Shown here in pieces: positions 1-11,741 of a DNA stretch of 64,000 bases; the stretch's first letter is position 1, and each line of letters opens with the position of its first letter. The notes beneath the pieces are model-generated. The model ran no database searches, was not told where the DNA came from, and was given only the letters and a program-made list of their open reading frames with translations. The stretch spans positions 64,976,001-65,040,000 of the forward strand of contig NC_092348.1 in the NCBI RefSeq assembly GCF_963676685.1. The letters are read 5' to 3'. The translations under genes and the position numbers were made by a program. The DNA comes from Mytilus edulis (taxonomy: Eukaryota).

Positions 1-259
1 GTGCAATCGACAATTAATGTCTCCTCAGTAATGCTCGATGCCAAAATATTGTAAGGCGTTTGATTATACCACTCGACATTATTAAACATCTGGTAAATAA
101 ACATAGTATAGTATATAACCAAAAAGTAGGAAGGCAGGGAGATACTTGAATTCTATTGGACAATGTTAATTGTATAAATATTTCAATTACTATAATGACA
201 TTTTAGTCGGCTGATTGACACTATTATGTAAGTAATACGTATGTATATGATATGATATA

Positions 260-535
260 CAATGTTAGATCTGTAAATTTGCTTTCGCAAATTTTTGGTT
301 CTTCCCTCGCCGGGATTCCAAAAATTTGCGAAAGCAAATTTACAGATCTAACATTGTTGGGTTGATGTTTAGACGAGTTGTATATTCATTATGTACACAG
401 CCATGTATCACCATCATTGATGGCGATCCGATGGATACATCTGTTGTAGAGTTGTCACTGACTCAGACGTATATATATATATAACTCGTCTAAACATCAA
501 CCCAACAATGTTAGATCTGTAAATTTGCTTTCGCA
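260..535. repeat. Interlocking inverted repeats from a rearranged interspersed element
   Basis: 260-298 and 318-356 are a perfect 39-bp inverted pair with a 19-nt loop; 483-535 is the reverse complement of 327-379. Confidence 0.85.
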
Positions 536-1140
536 TATATATATTTAAATAAAAAAGTCCGATATTACAATTCAATATATATATATATATATGTTTATTG
601 ATTTTTATTCTATATAGATAATCCCTTGATTGCATTTATTATACTTATATTTTGATGAATTTCATTCAAAGAAATAAAGTAACAGATTGTCGTATGATAT
701 ATATTTTGAATCATTGAATATTCAATTTAACTAACATAATTTTAAGCAAAAACATACATGTATCAAACCAGATACCGAAGGACAGCTTACAAGCATTTGC
801 TTCTTGTAGATACATCGTATGGCTCTTTTGTTTTCACTTATTTATAAATATCTTTATTATCTTAAACCAATTTTATTGTTAACTCATCGTAACCAAAATT
901 ACTACAATAACAATAATCTATAATGTATACAACTGTATGATGTACAATAGTTAATTAAAGTTTCAGCTTAAATTATTATCAATACATAATTACATATATA
1001 CACGTTAATAATGTTTCCCCTTACAAGCTCTGTCATTTGTTAATCAGGCTGATTAATTTACAAATGTCATTATATCTAAGATATAAGTAAAGTGTGTTTT
1101 CGGGGATAGGGTATACAGCAACATACTGCAATATCATTAA

Positions 1141-1294
1141 TATATATACATACAGTATCTCAATGATGTCTTTGTAAGTATAAAATAAAGCATTTGTATT
1201 ATTGCTACAAGGAATCTTGGTTTTTGCAAATATTCTGTATTTAGCATGTCTATTATCATTTCAGCGATTTGTCACAAGTAGTCATAGTTGTAAG
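1141..1294 (+). promoter_or_regulatory. Probable TATA region, short non-coding first exon and 5'UTR intron of the apextrin-like gene
   Basis: TATATATA at 1141, consensus donor GTAAGT at 1174, polypyrimidine acceptor tttcag ending 1264, 30 nt before the ATG. Confidence 0.5.
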
Positions 1295-3669
1295 ATGCTG
1301 TCCATATTGACATTGGTCCTCACAGTTTCCTTAGCACATGCTGGTAATTTTAATGATCTAGATCAACACACATGTGTATCAATTAATATAAGCAATTTAT
1401 TTGATTTTAAATAAATACATAACTTACAAAAAAAAATAGTAAGATGCTTATGTATTATGAATATAAAAGGAATTATCTATCAGATTTTAAATGTTTGCAG
1501 TAATTAAAGAAAAATCAACTGAAGACAGATTATTTCAATCCCTTTTCAAAATCCTGGTATCAAACAAATGTAGCGGACTTTCCAGTTATATTTTGAATTT
1601 CTATACTCAAGTAATCTTCGAAAAAACTTATCAAACCAATAAAAGGAATGAAAATATGAATGCATGTAATAGTTTTGCCAAAGAAGAAATATGAACCAGA
1701 AACAAAATAACGTTCAAAGAAGCACTAAGTATTGTAGGATAAAATATGTCCACCAAAGATGAGCAAAGTCAATACCGTAAAAGTAAACTATAAATTGGCC
1801 GACATGAAAAGTATAAGATTCTTCGACAACAAACAACAGTTATATATACAACACAATTAACAAAAATAAATTTGACATATACAAACAATTATGAATAACT
1901 CTGAATTATATGCTTCTCACTTTCGACAAGCTCATACATAATGCGGCGAGGTTAAACTTGTTTGAAAATGCTGAAACCCACGTTTCATTTTATTTTTCAA
2001 TATAAGACATAACAAGATATGCACACTGAGAATTTTGATAATTTTGTAGTACTTTGGCCAAAGGGAACTTATACACTAGTCAAACCGAAATCTGGATGTC
2101 CGTATGGATGGAAGGAAGGATGGAGGCATCAAGATAATGAAGACAGTAGAAATTCCAACTCCATTCCACCAAATCATCAATTCTACGGTATATGATAAAT
2201 CTATTAAGAAATGTGCTATATAAATTTAGACTAAAATTGAGAAATATTGCCTCAATGTTAAATACAAGAAACTTAGAATTCCAAAAATCTAAAATTTCTT
2301 TAGAGTTCTTTTGAAAGTAAGAAATTTCCAAGAAATTGTGAAATGTTAACATGTTTAGTTTTTCTAACAACATAAGAGTTTTTAAATTACAGGTACCTTT
2401 GGACGAAACATGCAGTTTTATTATTGTACTAAAGATGCACATTCCACATCCGGATCTCAAAATTGGCCAAGAGGAAATTACTGTATTCTGAAACAAATAT
2501 CTTGTCCACCAGGTAAATATGCGTACATAACAATAAAACAAATATCTTGTCAACCAGGTAAATATGTGTACACAACAATTAAATAACCCATTGAAAGTAT
2601 AGATACACATCAAATTGCTATTTTTTGGAAAATTAAAGTCAAAGTAAAACGAAGTATGCTTGATTATTCTAAAACTACTGTTGTAATTCAAACAAAGTAA
2701 ACAGAATATTTCATTAGATTTTTTGTTTGTTAATTTGAATCTCTGAAATATTATTTGTTGTTTTATTCTCAGAGATGTTATTTACTGATAATGGTTAATA
2801 CCTGCATATATGTTCTAATTAGATGAAGTTTAAATGAGTAGACAAAAAGTTTAGATATACTTGAAAAAAAAAGTAAGAAGAAAACATTTGATGAGCATTT
2901 AAGGAAATTTGAAATAAAGGCTCTACTAAATATTGATAAGGTCATCTATCTCTGGAGGAGAAAATCCCAATTTTATACAATAATTCAACATTTATAATGA
3001 AGTCGAGTAATTCTAGATTATAGTCACTTTATTATAGCCAGTTGATGATAACATAGTTATAGTTTACTCACCTTTAGATATCATTAATTGATAAAAAGGA
3101 AACAAGTCCTGACAAGAGAGTAACAAACACTATCAACTCGAGTGTAAAACAATAAAACGATTACTTTTTCAGGCTTCGAAACCGGATATATTAAATGGGA
3201 TGATGAGGACAGTAGAAATGCAAACTCGAAAGGTGGAGTACTTCCAAGTGGACATTTTGATAGAAACACCCTCATATATTACTGTTGCAGGTATTACATT
3301 TTGAATGTTTATGTAAACTTAAATCAGTAAAAGCAACAATTAACGATATGTAACTGACGTAGAATAGAGAAAACGGCACTTATTAGATTCTCAAAACTTC
3401 GTGCTGCGTATATGATAATGAAATCTTCTTTTATTCACAGATCTGACGGATACTACATGAATGGAATTGATCTTCCAAAAAATAAACCGTTCTATTTGTT
3501 ACGCTACACATCACCATGTCAAAGGGTCAAAGGAATGTCTGTTCTAGAGCATGCGGTACTTACAGATGATGAGGACAAGCGTAACGCAAACGGTCAAGGT
3601 GGAAGTCACCCTCTAAAAACTGGAGGCAAAAACACCAAACTCTACTACTGTTACTATCAAAAGTATTAA
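1295..3669 (+). CDS. Secreted apextrin-like protein (ApeC domain only), 5 coding exons, 217 aa
   Basis: Exons 1295-1343, 2050-2187, 2393-2512, 3173-3290, 3441-3669, all GT-AG and phase-compatible (654 nt). Translation: signal peptide MLSILTLVLTVSLAHA, then VLWPKGTYTLVKPKSGCPYGWKEGWRHQDNED...YYCTK...WPRGNYCILK...WDDED...YYCCR...PFYLLRY...TDDED...LYYCYY. Three DxED motifs and 8 Cys match the known ApeC signature. AATAAA near 3800. Confidence 0.93.
2491..2580 (+). repeat. 45-bp tandem duplication spanning the exon-3 splice donor
   Basis: aaacaaatatcttgtccaccagGTaaatatgcgtacataacaata followed by aaacaaatatcttgtcaaccagGTaaatatgtgtacacaacaatt. Confidence 0.9.
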
Positions 3670-5439
3670 TAATATGCTGGAAATCACTCACTGAATGAAG
3701 GAGACGGCAACAACATACTTTACTACTGTTGAAATTTTTGAAACATTGCTCTAAATATTAATAAGATATAGACTCTTAAAAAACCACTTATTTTATTTAA
3801 ATAAAAAAAGATACAAACTTTACAAACATAGCAACAAATGAAAGCGTTTGCTTTTGGTGTAGTTCAGTGATTCTGTTGTTCCTTTGTTTTCCTCTTGTTT
3901 GTAGTTGATGTGTTTCTCTCGGTTTAACTTTATTGCCTGGATTTGCTTTCTCTTAATCGAATTATGACTATGAAACATCGGTAGACTACAGTTCAGTTGC
4001 CTATATTTTAACGAATGAAATAGAGCATAAGATGTCCGAAACTAATCCAAACAAACAATGGTAGTCTAATAATGTTGATATTTTCTTTTATTTTTATGGA
4101 AAAACACTCTTTTGAACTATAAAGATATTAAACAAAAACCTAATCAGAGAAACTAAGCAAATAATTCTAAACTCTCAACACTCGTTTCGTCTACGTAAGA
4201 CTCACTAATGACGCTCGAATCAAAATAGTTTGAAAGCCAAATTAAGTTTAAAGTTGAAGAGCTTTTGACACGTTTCAATAGTAACTTTCAAAGTATATGT
4301 TGGAATGTTAACGTTGTCCCCATACGAATAATAAGCCAAGAAATCACCATTTTTATGTTGACAAAAAGACTTTTTGAATTGTTCAAAAAAAACTAATTTT
4401 GTACCTTTTCCATAGAAAACGGTAGCTGTAAATTTGCATTTTGGTCCTTAATGCTTTCAATTTTTCATACTTGTTTTAATCCATCATATACTTTTATTCG
4501 AGGATCATTGGATAAGTATTGTGTAGAGGAAATGTGCACAATTATAGGCCTTGTAACTTAATACGTTTTTACAAAAATGCATACCAAATAACCACGAATA
4601 CATAATTTCCATTAGAAGTAGCCTTAGAAGTAGCCTTCTAGTCCATATAATTATGTTTTATTACTTACTTAAGGTCCATTTTAACAACTATTTACCAATC
4701 CAGAACATCTGTGTTTATTCTAGTTTATGTTGTTTGCGAATTGCTTAGTGTTTAACTTCCATGCTGTGTTTTAATGACTGTTGTTTGTCTTTTTTCCTTT
4801 TCAATTTGTATTTTACATAACTTTGTTATGTTGTTTTCGACATTACATTAACATTAATTGTTTATATTCTAGCCTTAACAAGCTTGTCAAGTTGTTATAT
4901 ATCATTTGAATAATACTCAATTAATTTTAAGAAAAGCTGATATAAGTTTTGTTTTATAACTATAATCAATCGACTAAAATACATAAAGATCAAGAAGTTC
5001 GCCCTATGTATCATTCAAAATAGTATTAAACATTTATGGAACTCTCAAGTTAAATGATAATGAATTTAGACTAACGTAAGTTCGAAAAAGGAATAAACGA
5101 AGAAAGGGCGTTACAAAAATCATCTTTACTTCTTGAATGAACTATAAATGCTTTAATTTTAAAACTTAAAGAACGTTATGTCTCACATTGTCAATATAGC
5201 AAATGATACTAATACAAGGCCGTTTTCATTTTATCGAAGCTCAGTCCGTCCGTTGATTGTCGTCATTTGTTATGAGATTTAAAGGAGATTAATCTGTTGA
5301 TCGATTAAGCTACGTCTGTGAAGAGTATTTTGTCAAAAGATTTATACAAAACCCGAATTCATTGATTTTTTTTTATTAAAAACACAACTGTTTGCAATAT
5401 AGTTGAGAGTCTGGCATAAATATTCAATTTATAAAATAA

Positions 5440-5775
5440 GAAGTTGTGGTGTGATTGCCAATGAGACAACTTTTTATCTAAGACCAAATGTAGTTGATGG
5501 AAGCAATTGTTTACGGCACGGCCTTCAATGCAGAACCTTAGCTCACACCGCATTTTTAAACACCATAATAGGCCACAAAATGACGAGAGTTAAACAATCC
5601 AGACTAGAAAACCAACCGCCTGATTTTTATACAAAACAATTAACAAAAAATATATAAAATCCACAACAAACCACAACCTCTCAAATAACAGGCTTCTGAC
5701 TTTGGACAAGAACTTATAGTATTTTTCAGCGGGGTTAAACATATTTGCTGGATACCAATCACCATCTTACACCTT
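5440..5775 (+). mobile_element. Interspersed repeat family (copies at about 13270-13580 rc, 17283-17358, 19445-19580, 24020-24355, 28262-28560 rc, 38178-38310, 55742-55856, 63610)
   Basis: Shared aagatgtggtatgattgccaatgagacaact...ggccttcaacaatgagcaaagcccat. Confidence 0.75.
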
Positions 5776-7241
5776 GTATTAAAAATTCCACACTGTTTTA
5801 ATTGACGCTTTTCTGCTTGTATGATGGTAATATGCTGCATTTGCTGTTATATTTTAGAAACAAAAATTACAGTAAAATAGTTTATCTTTGTAATTTTTGT
5901 ACATTGAAAATATACGTAAAATATTTAACTAATAGAAAACTCAAAAAATATTTTCATACGAAACGATAACCAGAATTCTTAACAAAATTAAGAATTCATA
6001 TACATAGAACAATAACAAGAAGTTGTAAAATATAGTAGAACAGATCGACATAAAGATAGAAACCACTTACAAAACAATTTCTGAGATAGAAAGTATCGAT
6101 TCACGAGTTAGTTTAGCTACTGAAAGATGGCTCAAAACCAATAACAATGGTGTATTGATGTACGATACACATGATGTATAAAATAAATATGTAAAAAAAC
6201 ACATTATAGCAAGTAATGACGAAAGTACAAAAGTTTACTATAATTGGTTTTAAAAGTATTTTGTTCAGTATATAACCAGCCCTTTTTTAATTGACGCTTT
6301 TCTGCTTGTATCATAAATGATCGCAATGTGCTGCATTTGTTGTTATATTTTGAATACATAAGTTACAGTTAAATAGTTTATCTTTGTAATTTTTGTACAT
6401 TGAAAAAGTACGTTGATGGTGTATTGATGTACGATACACATGATGTATCATAAATGATTGCAATATGCTGCAAAAAAAAAAAGTATAAATTGTGCCTAAG
6501 GAGGGCATATGGGATTGTAGAAACCAGTAAAGGTTTTAAGCTATTTAAATGAATGTTTTAAATTAACAAGCTTTTTGTATATTTCAATTACACGTATGGC
6601 TTATCAGTTGGTAATTTCTGTAGGCAATTTCTTGTGGCTTGAAAAATTGTGATTGGCGCGAAAACATGTATTTTTCAATGGGTATATTACATTTGTCAGT
6701 ATAAAAAGGGAGCATGTCAATTATTAACACGTATTTGATACAAATACGATGGGTTTTGCATATGTGATAAGTGCATATTTGCCTAGGTCATAGCATGCCA
6801 TGAACCGGGGCCAATATAGGCTTCCCATGCCTTTTCAATGGGAGAGCCATATCAGCCCTCGCATGCAATATCCATATTGGCTCTCGCGTGCAAAGCCCCC
6901 TCCGCTGTGGGGAGTCATATACAGTCTGCGAAACATACTTAATCAATCGTTTATAAAGAATGTTTTAAAAGCACAGCGTTCAAACAAAATAAAGTTATCC
7001 TTTAGTTTTGAAGCGTCATACTATATTATGACGTCGCTACTAGAAACTATGAATATTACTTGATTGTCGGAGAAGAGCAGATGAGGTTACGGACATTATG
7101 AAGGTATCTTATAAAATGCGAAAACACAAAATATTTGTGTTCTGTAAAGAAAGTGTGGACGGACGAAAAGGGAGATCTGACTAGTTGTGATGTCAATGGT
7201 ACTATAAAACTACACACAAAACTAAAACTACGTTGATTACT

Positions 7242-7730
7242 AATAAAAGAGGGACGAAAGATACCAAAGGGACAGTCAAACTCATAAATCTAAAACAAAC
7301 TGACAACGCCATGGCTAAAAATGAAAAAGACAAACAGAAAAACAATAGTACACATGACACAACATAGAAAACTAAAGAATAAACAACACGAACCCCACCA
7401 AAAACTAGGGGTGATCTCAGGTGCTCCGGAAGGGTAAGCAGATCCGGCTCCACATGTGGCACCCGTCGTGTTGCTTATGTGATTACAAATCCGGTAAATC
7501 GTCTAATTCGGTAGGTCACATTCATGAAAGGGAAGGGGATTGAAGTTACGACGTAAGGAACATATTCGATATCATTTGTGAAACGGTTATTCCATAACGG
7601 TCAACCAACTCGTGATGGCGTCCGTAAAATTTACGAAGGGATGATTTCAACTTCACCATTTGGAACTCTTGGTTTAATAGCTTCCTTGTGAGCAGTAACC
7701 CTCTATCAAGAAAATCGTGATAGGAAATGC
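7242..7730 (-). mobile_element. Retroelement remnant (Penelope-like RT C-terminal region plus 3' sequence), copy 1
   Basis: Encodes ISYHDFLDRGLLLTRKLLNQEFQMVKLKSSLRKFYGRHHELVDRYG, resembling the post-RT helical region of Penelope-like elements. Near-identical copies elsewhere in the window. Confidence 0.7.
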
Positions 7731-8961
7731 TAATAAACTTGTAATACAAATTCTTTCAAAACACATACAAACTTGTATAAAAAGCACGATCAATTGGCAA
7801 AAAAGTTCCGAAATACGTCTAAAAATTATCAGATCTCGAGATTGACTTAAAAAGAATGATATGTGATTAAATCTCCGTCTTCATGATGTAAAATATTTCC
7901 TACTAATTGTTTGGTTTCATGATGGTTAGTTGTCTAATTAGCAAACATAACGTGGGATATTTCCTTATACGTATACGTGATCATGTGAAATTGTCAGAGC
8001 GACTAACAAAATTGAAATGCAGAAAAAACATTATTGTTTCGTCTCGTTATATTTTTGTCATTATAATTACTTTGAAGTTACAGTTAAATAGTTTATCTTT
8101 GTAATTTTTGTACATTGAAAAAGTACGTTGATGGTGTATTGATGTACGATACACATGATGTATCATAAATGATTGCAATATGCTGCAAAAAAAAAGAGTA
8201 TAAATTGTGCCTAAGGAGGGCATATGGGATTGTAGAAACCAGTAAAGGTTTTAAGCTATTTAAATGAATGTTTTAAATTAACAAGCTTTTTGTATATTTC
8301 AATTACACGTATGGCTTATCAGTTGGTAATTTCTGTAGGCAATTTCTTGTGGCTTGAAAAATTGTGATTGGCGCGAAAACATGTATTTTTCAATGGGTAT
8401 ATTACATTTGTCAGTATAAAAAGGGAGCATGTCAATTATTAACACGTATTTGATACAAATACGATGGGTTTTGCATATGTGATAAGTGCATATTTGCCTA
8501 GGTCATAGCATGCCATGAACCGGGGCCAATATAGGCTTCCCATGCCTTTTCAATGGGAGAGCCATATCAGCCCTCGCATGCAATATCCATATTGGCTCTC
8601 GCGTGCAAAGCCCCCTCCGCTGTGGGGAGTCATATACAGTCTGCGAAACATACTTAATCAATCGTTTATAAAGAATGTTTTAAAAGCACAGCGTTCAAAC
8701 AAAATAAAGTTATCCTTTAGTTTTGAAGCGGACGGTCATACTATATTATGACGTCGCTACTAGAAACTATGAATATTACTTGATTGTCGGAGAAGAGCAG
8801 ATGAGGTTACGGACATTATGAAGGTATCTTATAAAATGCGAAAACACAAAATATTTGTGTTCTGTAAAGAAAGTGTGGACGGACGAAAAGGGAGATCTGA
8901 CTAGTTGTGATGTCAATGGTACTATAAAACTACACACAAAACTAAAACTATGTTGATTACT

Positions 8962-9450
8962 AATAAAAGAGGGACGAAGGATACCAAAGGGACAGTCAAA
9001 CTCATAAATCTAAAACAAACTGACAACGCCATGGCTAAAAATGAAAAAGACAAACAGAAAAACAATAGTACACATGACACAACATAGAAAACTAAAGAAT
9101 AAACAACACGAACCCCACCAAAAACTAGGGGTGATCTCAGGTGCTCCGGAAGGGTAAGCAGATCCTGCTCCACATGTGGCACCCGTCGTGTTGCTTATGT
9201 GATTACAAATCCGGTAAATCGTCTAATTCGGTAGGTCACATTCATGAAAGGGAAGGGGATTGAAGTTACGACGTAAGGAACATATTCGATATCATTTGTG
9301 AAACGGTTATTCCATAACGGTCAACCAACTCGTGATGGCGTCCGTAAAATTTACGAAGGGATGATTTCAACTTCACCATTTGGAACTCTTGGTTTAATAG
9401 CTTCCTTGTGAGCAGTAACCCTCTATCAAGAAAATCGTGATAGGAAATGC
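8962..9450 (-). mobile_element. Same retroelement remnant, copy 2 (made by the tandem duplication)
   Basis: Nearly identical to 7242-7730. Confidence 0.7.
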
Positions 9451-11330
9451 TAATAAACTTGTAATACAAATTCTTTCAAAACACATACAAACTTGTATAA
9501 AAAGCACGATCAATTGGCAAAAAAGTTCCGAAATACGTCTAAAAATTATCAGATCTCGAGATTGACTTAAAAAGAATGATATGTGATTAAATCTCCGTCT
9601 TCATGATGTAAAATATTTCCTACTAATTGTTTGGTTTCATGATGGTTAGTTGTCTAATTAGCAAACATAACGTGGGATATTTCCTTATACGTATACGTGA
9701 TCATGTGAAATTGTCAGAGCGACTAACAAAATTGAAATGCAGAAAAAACATTATTGTTTCGTCTCGTTATATTTTTGTCATTATAATTACTTTGAAGTTT
9801 TTACATTTGTTTAAAACTACATGTATGTGTTATACCAAAAAGGTATCTAGTTCACTCTACCAAATGTGCAATCGACAATTAATGTCTCCTCAGTAATGCT
9901 CGATGCCAAAATATTTTAGGGCGTTTGATTATACCACTCGACATTATTAAACATCTGGACTGGGTTGCTCAAATCTATGGCTTAAATTAGCCATAGGTTA
10001 GCTTATCCAACGGCTTATTATGTAATCCAGTGGCTTACTATCCGTTGGCTATTTTTCAATTGCACAACTGGCAAAATGGGAGTATGGTTAGTAAGCCACT
10101 GGATAAGGTAATTTAACCAGTGGATAACAGCTACTCTCTTTTAATTTGTCTTCATGTAGACGTTGATGTTTTTCCCCAAGTTATTTACACTAATCAGAAA
10201 TAATCTGTAAATATTACATATAACCCTAAGTTCAACTTAAGATTGCAACTGTGAGTGTTCCTAAACACAGGTGCAATAGGAGATAGTATTTAATGCAAAA
10301 ATATACTGAATATTAGTTAAATATTACGGCTATTTATTTTACTACAGAAAATCTCAACCTTTATTTCTTGTATACCTTTAGTCACTGGCAACGTAAACTT
10401 ACAAAGAAAAAAGGGTGCTCTCTAACACGACCGCGTTGATGTCTAAAAAAAGATTTTTTGTAAACCCGGAAGAAAACTCATCACAGATTATTTTAAAATT
10501 CAACATCAAATTTTTTTCATCATCAGTCATTTCTTATATTGTGAATAGATATTTATTTTTAATTGTTTTAATTTTTATTTTCGGGGGGAAGGGGACTGAC
10601 TGCTATTTTATTTATTTTTTGGGGTGCGGTGGGGGGATATAAAAAAAAAGCTGGGTCTGTTTTGAATATTGTTTTTTACTTTTATGTTTAAAAATAAATA
10701 AAGATAAGAGTGTAGATCTCCTAAATTTTTCTTAATTATCAATAATGTTCCCAAGAAAATTATACTCTATAACTTCAAAAGTTGCGCACAATATTCCTAC
10801 ATCACCATTAAGTTCGACGTCAACATGGTCAACGAGCGTTTTCTGAAATTTTGAAATCGCTTAATAAAATTTGTTAGTTCCATTCATGTGTTTTTTACAT
10901 GTTGTTGGTTGATTCTGTCTGGTTCTTTTTGATGTCTTTTAACCATATATTTTCCTCAAGTTGTGGAAATCGATTTAACAATGTTTACCCTCAATTCAAT
11001 TTTAGATGTGCAAAAATATAATCACAGGCTGCTAAAATTTCATGGTGCATATCATCTGTCATTGTTAATTTTCCATATTTTGATTCAAATAAAAAAGATC
11101 TGATACTCTGCAAGTAAATCAAACATTTTTACTCTTAATTCATTTGAAATGAATAATATTTTCCCTGACACACACTTTGTTGAAATACAACCCTTCAATC
11201 ACTTGAAACCCAGCTTAAAAATTATGTGCTTGCTTTCCAACGTCTCCTGATGTACATTTTAAAATTAAGTAATATTTTCTTGGGTCGTCTGTAAACATGG
11301 TAAAACGGCTAATATTATCCTGGGTTGTAT

Positions 11331-11583
11331 TACAGCCAATTTCATTGAGCGTGTAGATAAAGGTAATACCTTTGATTAAATTGAAGTCATTATAAGGTTA
11401 GGTAAACTACCCTCCTTTAAAAATTGACTAGTCCGATAGACAACTAATTTATCTGTCTGTAGGACTAGGCCACTTCGAAAGGAGGGTAGTATACCTTACC
11501 TAACAACGACTTCATGGTTCAGCTAGCAAGCAAGCTTACCAAAGATATGACCTTTAGCTACACACTCATTGAAATCAGATGTA
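11331..11583. mobile_element. ~250-bp imperfect palindromic (foldback/MITE-like) element
   Basis: Left arm tacagccaatttcattgagcgtgtagataaagg...tgaagtcattataaggttaggtaaactaccctccttt...ctagtccgatagaca pairs with right arm tgtctgtaggactag...aaaggagggtagtataccttacctaacaacgacttca...cctttagctacacactcattgaaatcagatgta. Confidence 0.75.
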
Positions 11584-11741
11584 ATTCAATGAAATAGTTT
11601 TGGTCGCTGTTTGCGATTAGTCTTTCATTAACCTTCGTTTCATGTACAAGTTTATATTAACGAAAAGGCCCAACTTTCGCTAGTACAGGAATAAGTTCCA
11701 TTATGACAGCTATAACATGAGTAGCAGGACAAGTCGCGAAC

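Larger units (their letters stand above)
6360..9799. repeat. Near-identical tandem duplication, units 6360-8074 (1715 bp) and 8075-9794 (1720 bp)
   Basis: The ORF track repeats (6800/8515, 7202/8922, 7546/9266, 7907/9627). Copies differ by a few substitutions and one 5-bp indel. AAGTT microhomology at 6360, 8075 and 9795. Confidence 0.95.

Noticed and set aside
1-93. Match to 9866-9958 as evidence of a 10-kb segmental duplication or a coding exon
   Set aside because: Similarity ends after about 93 bp and looks like an interspersed repeat; cannot be extended within this window.
2080-2691. 203-aa minus-strand ORF
   Set aside because: Antisense to apextrin exons 2-3 and AT-rich intron; no recognisable motifs.
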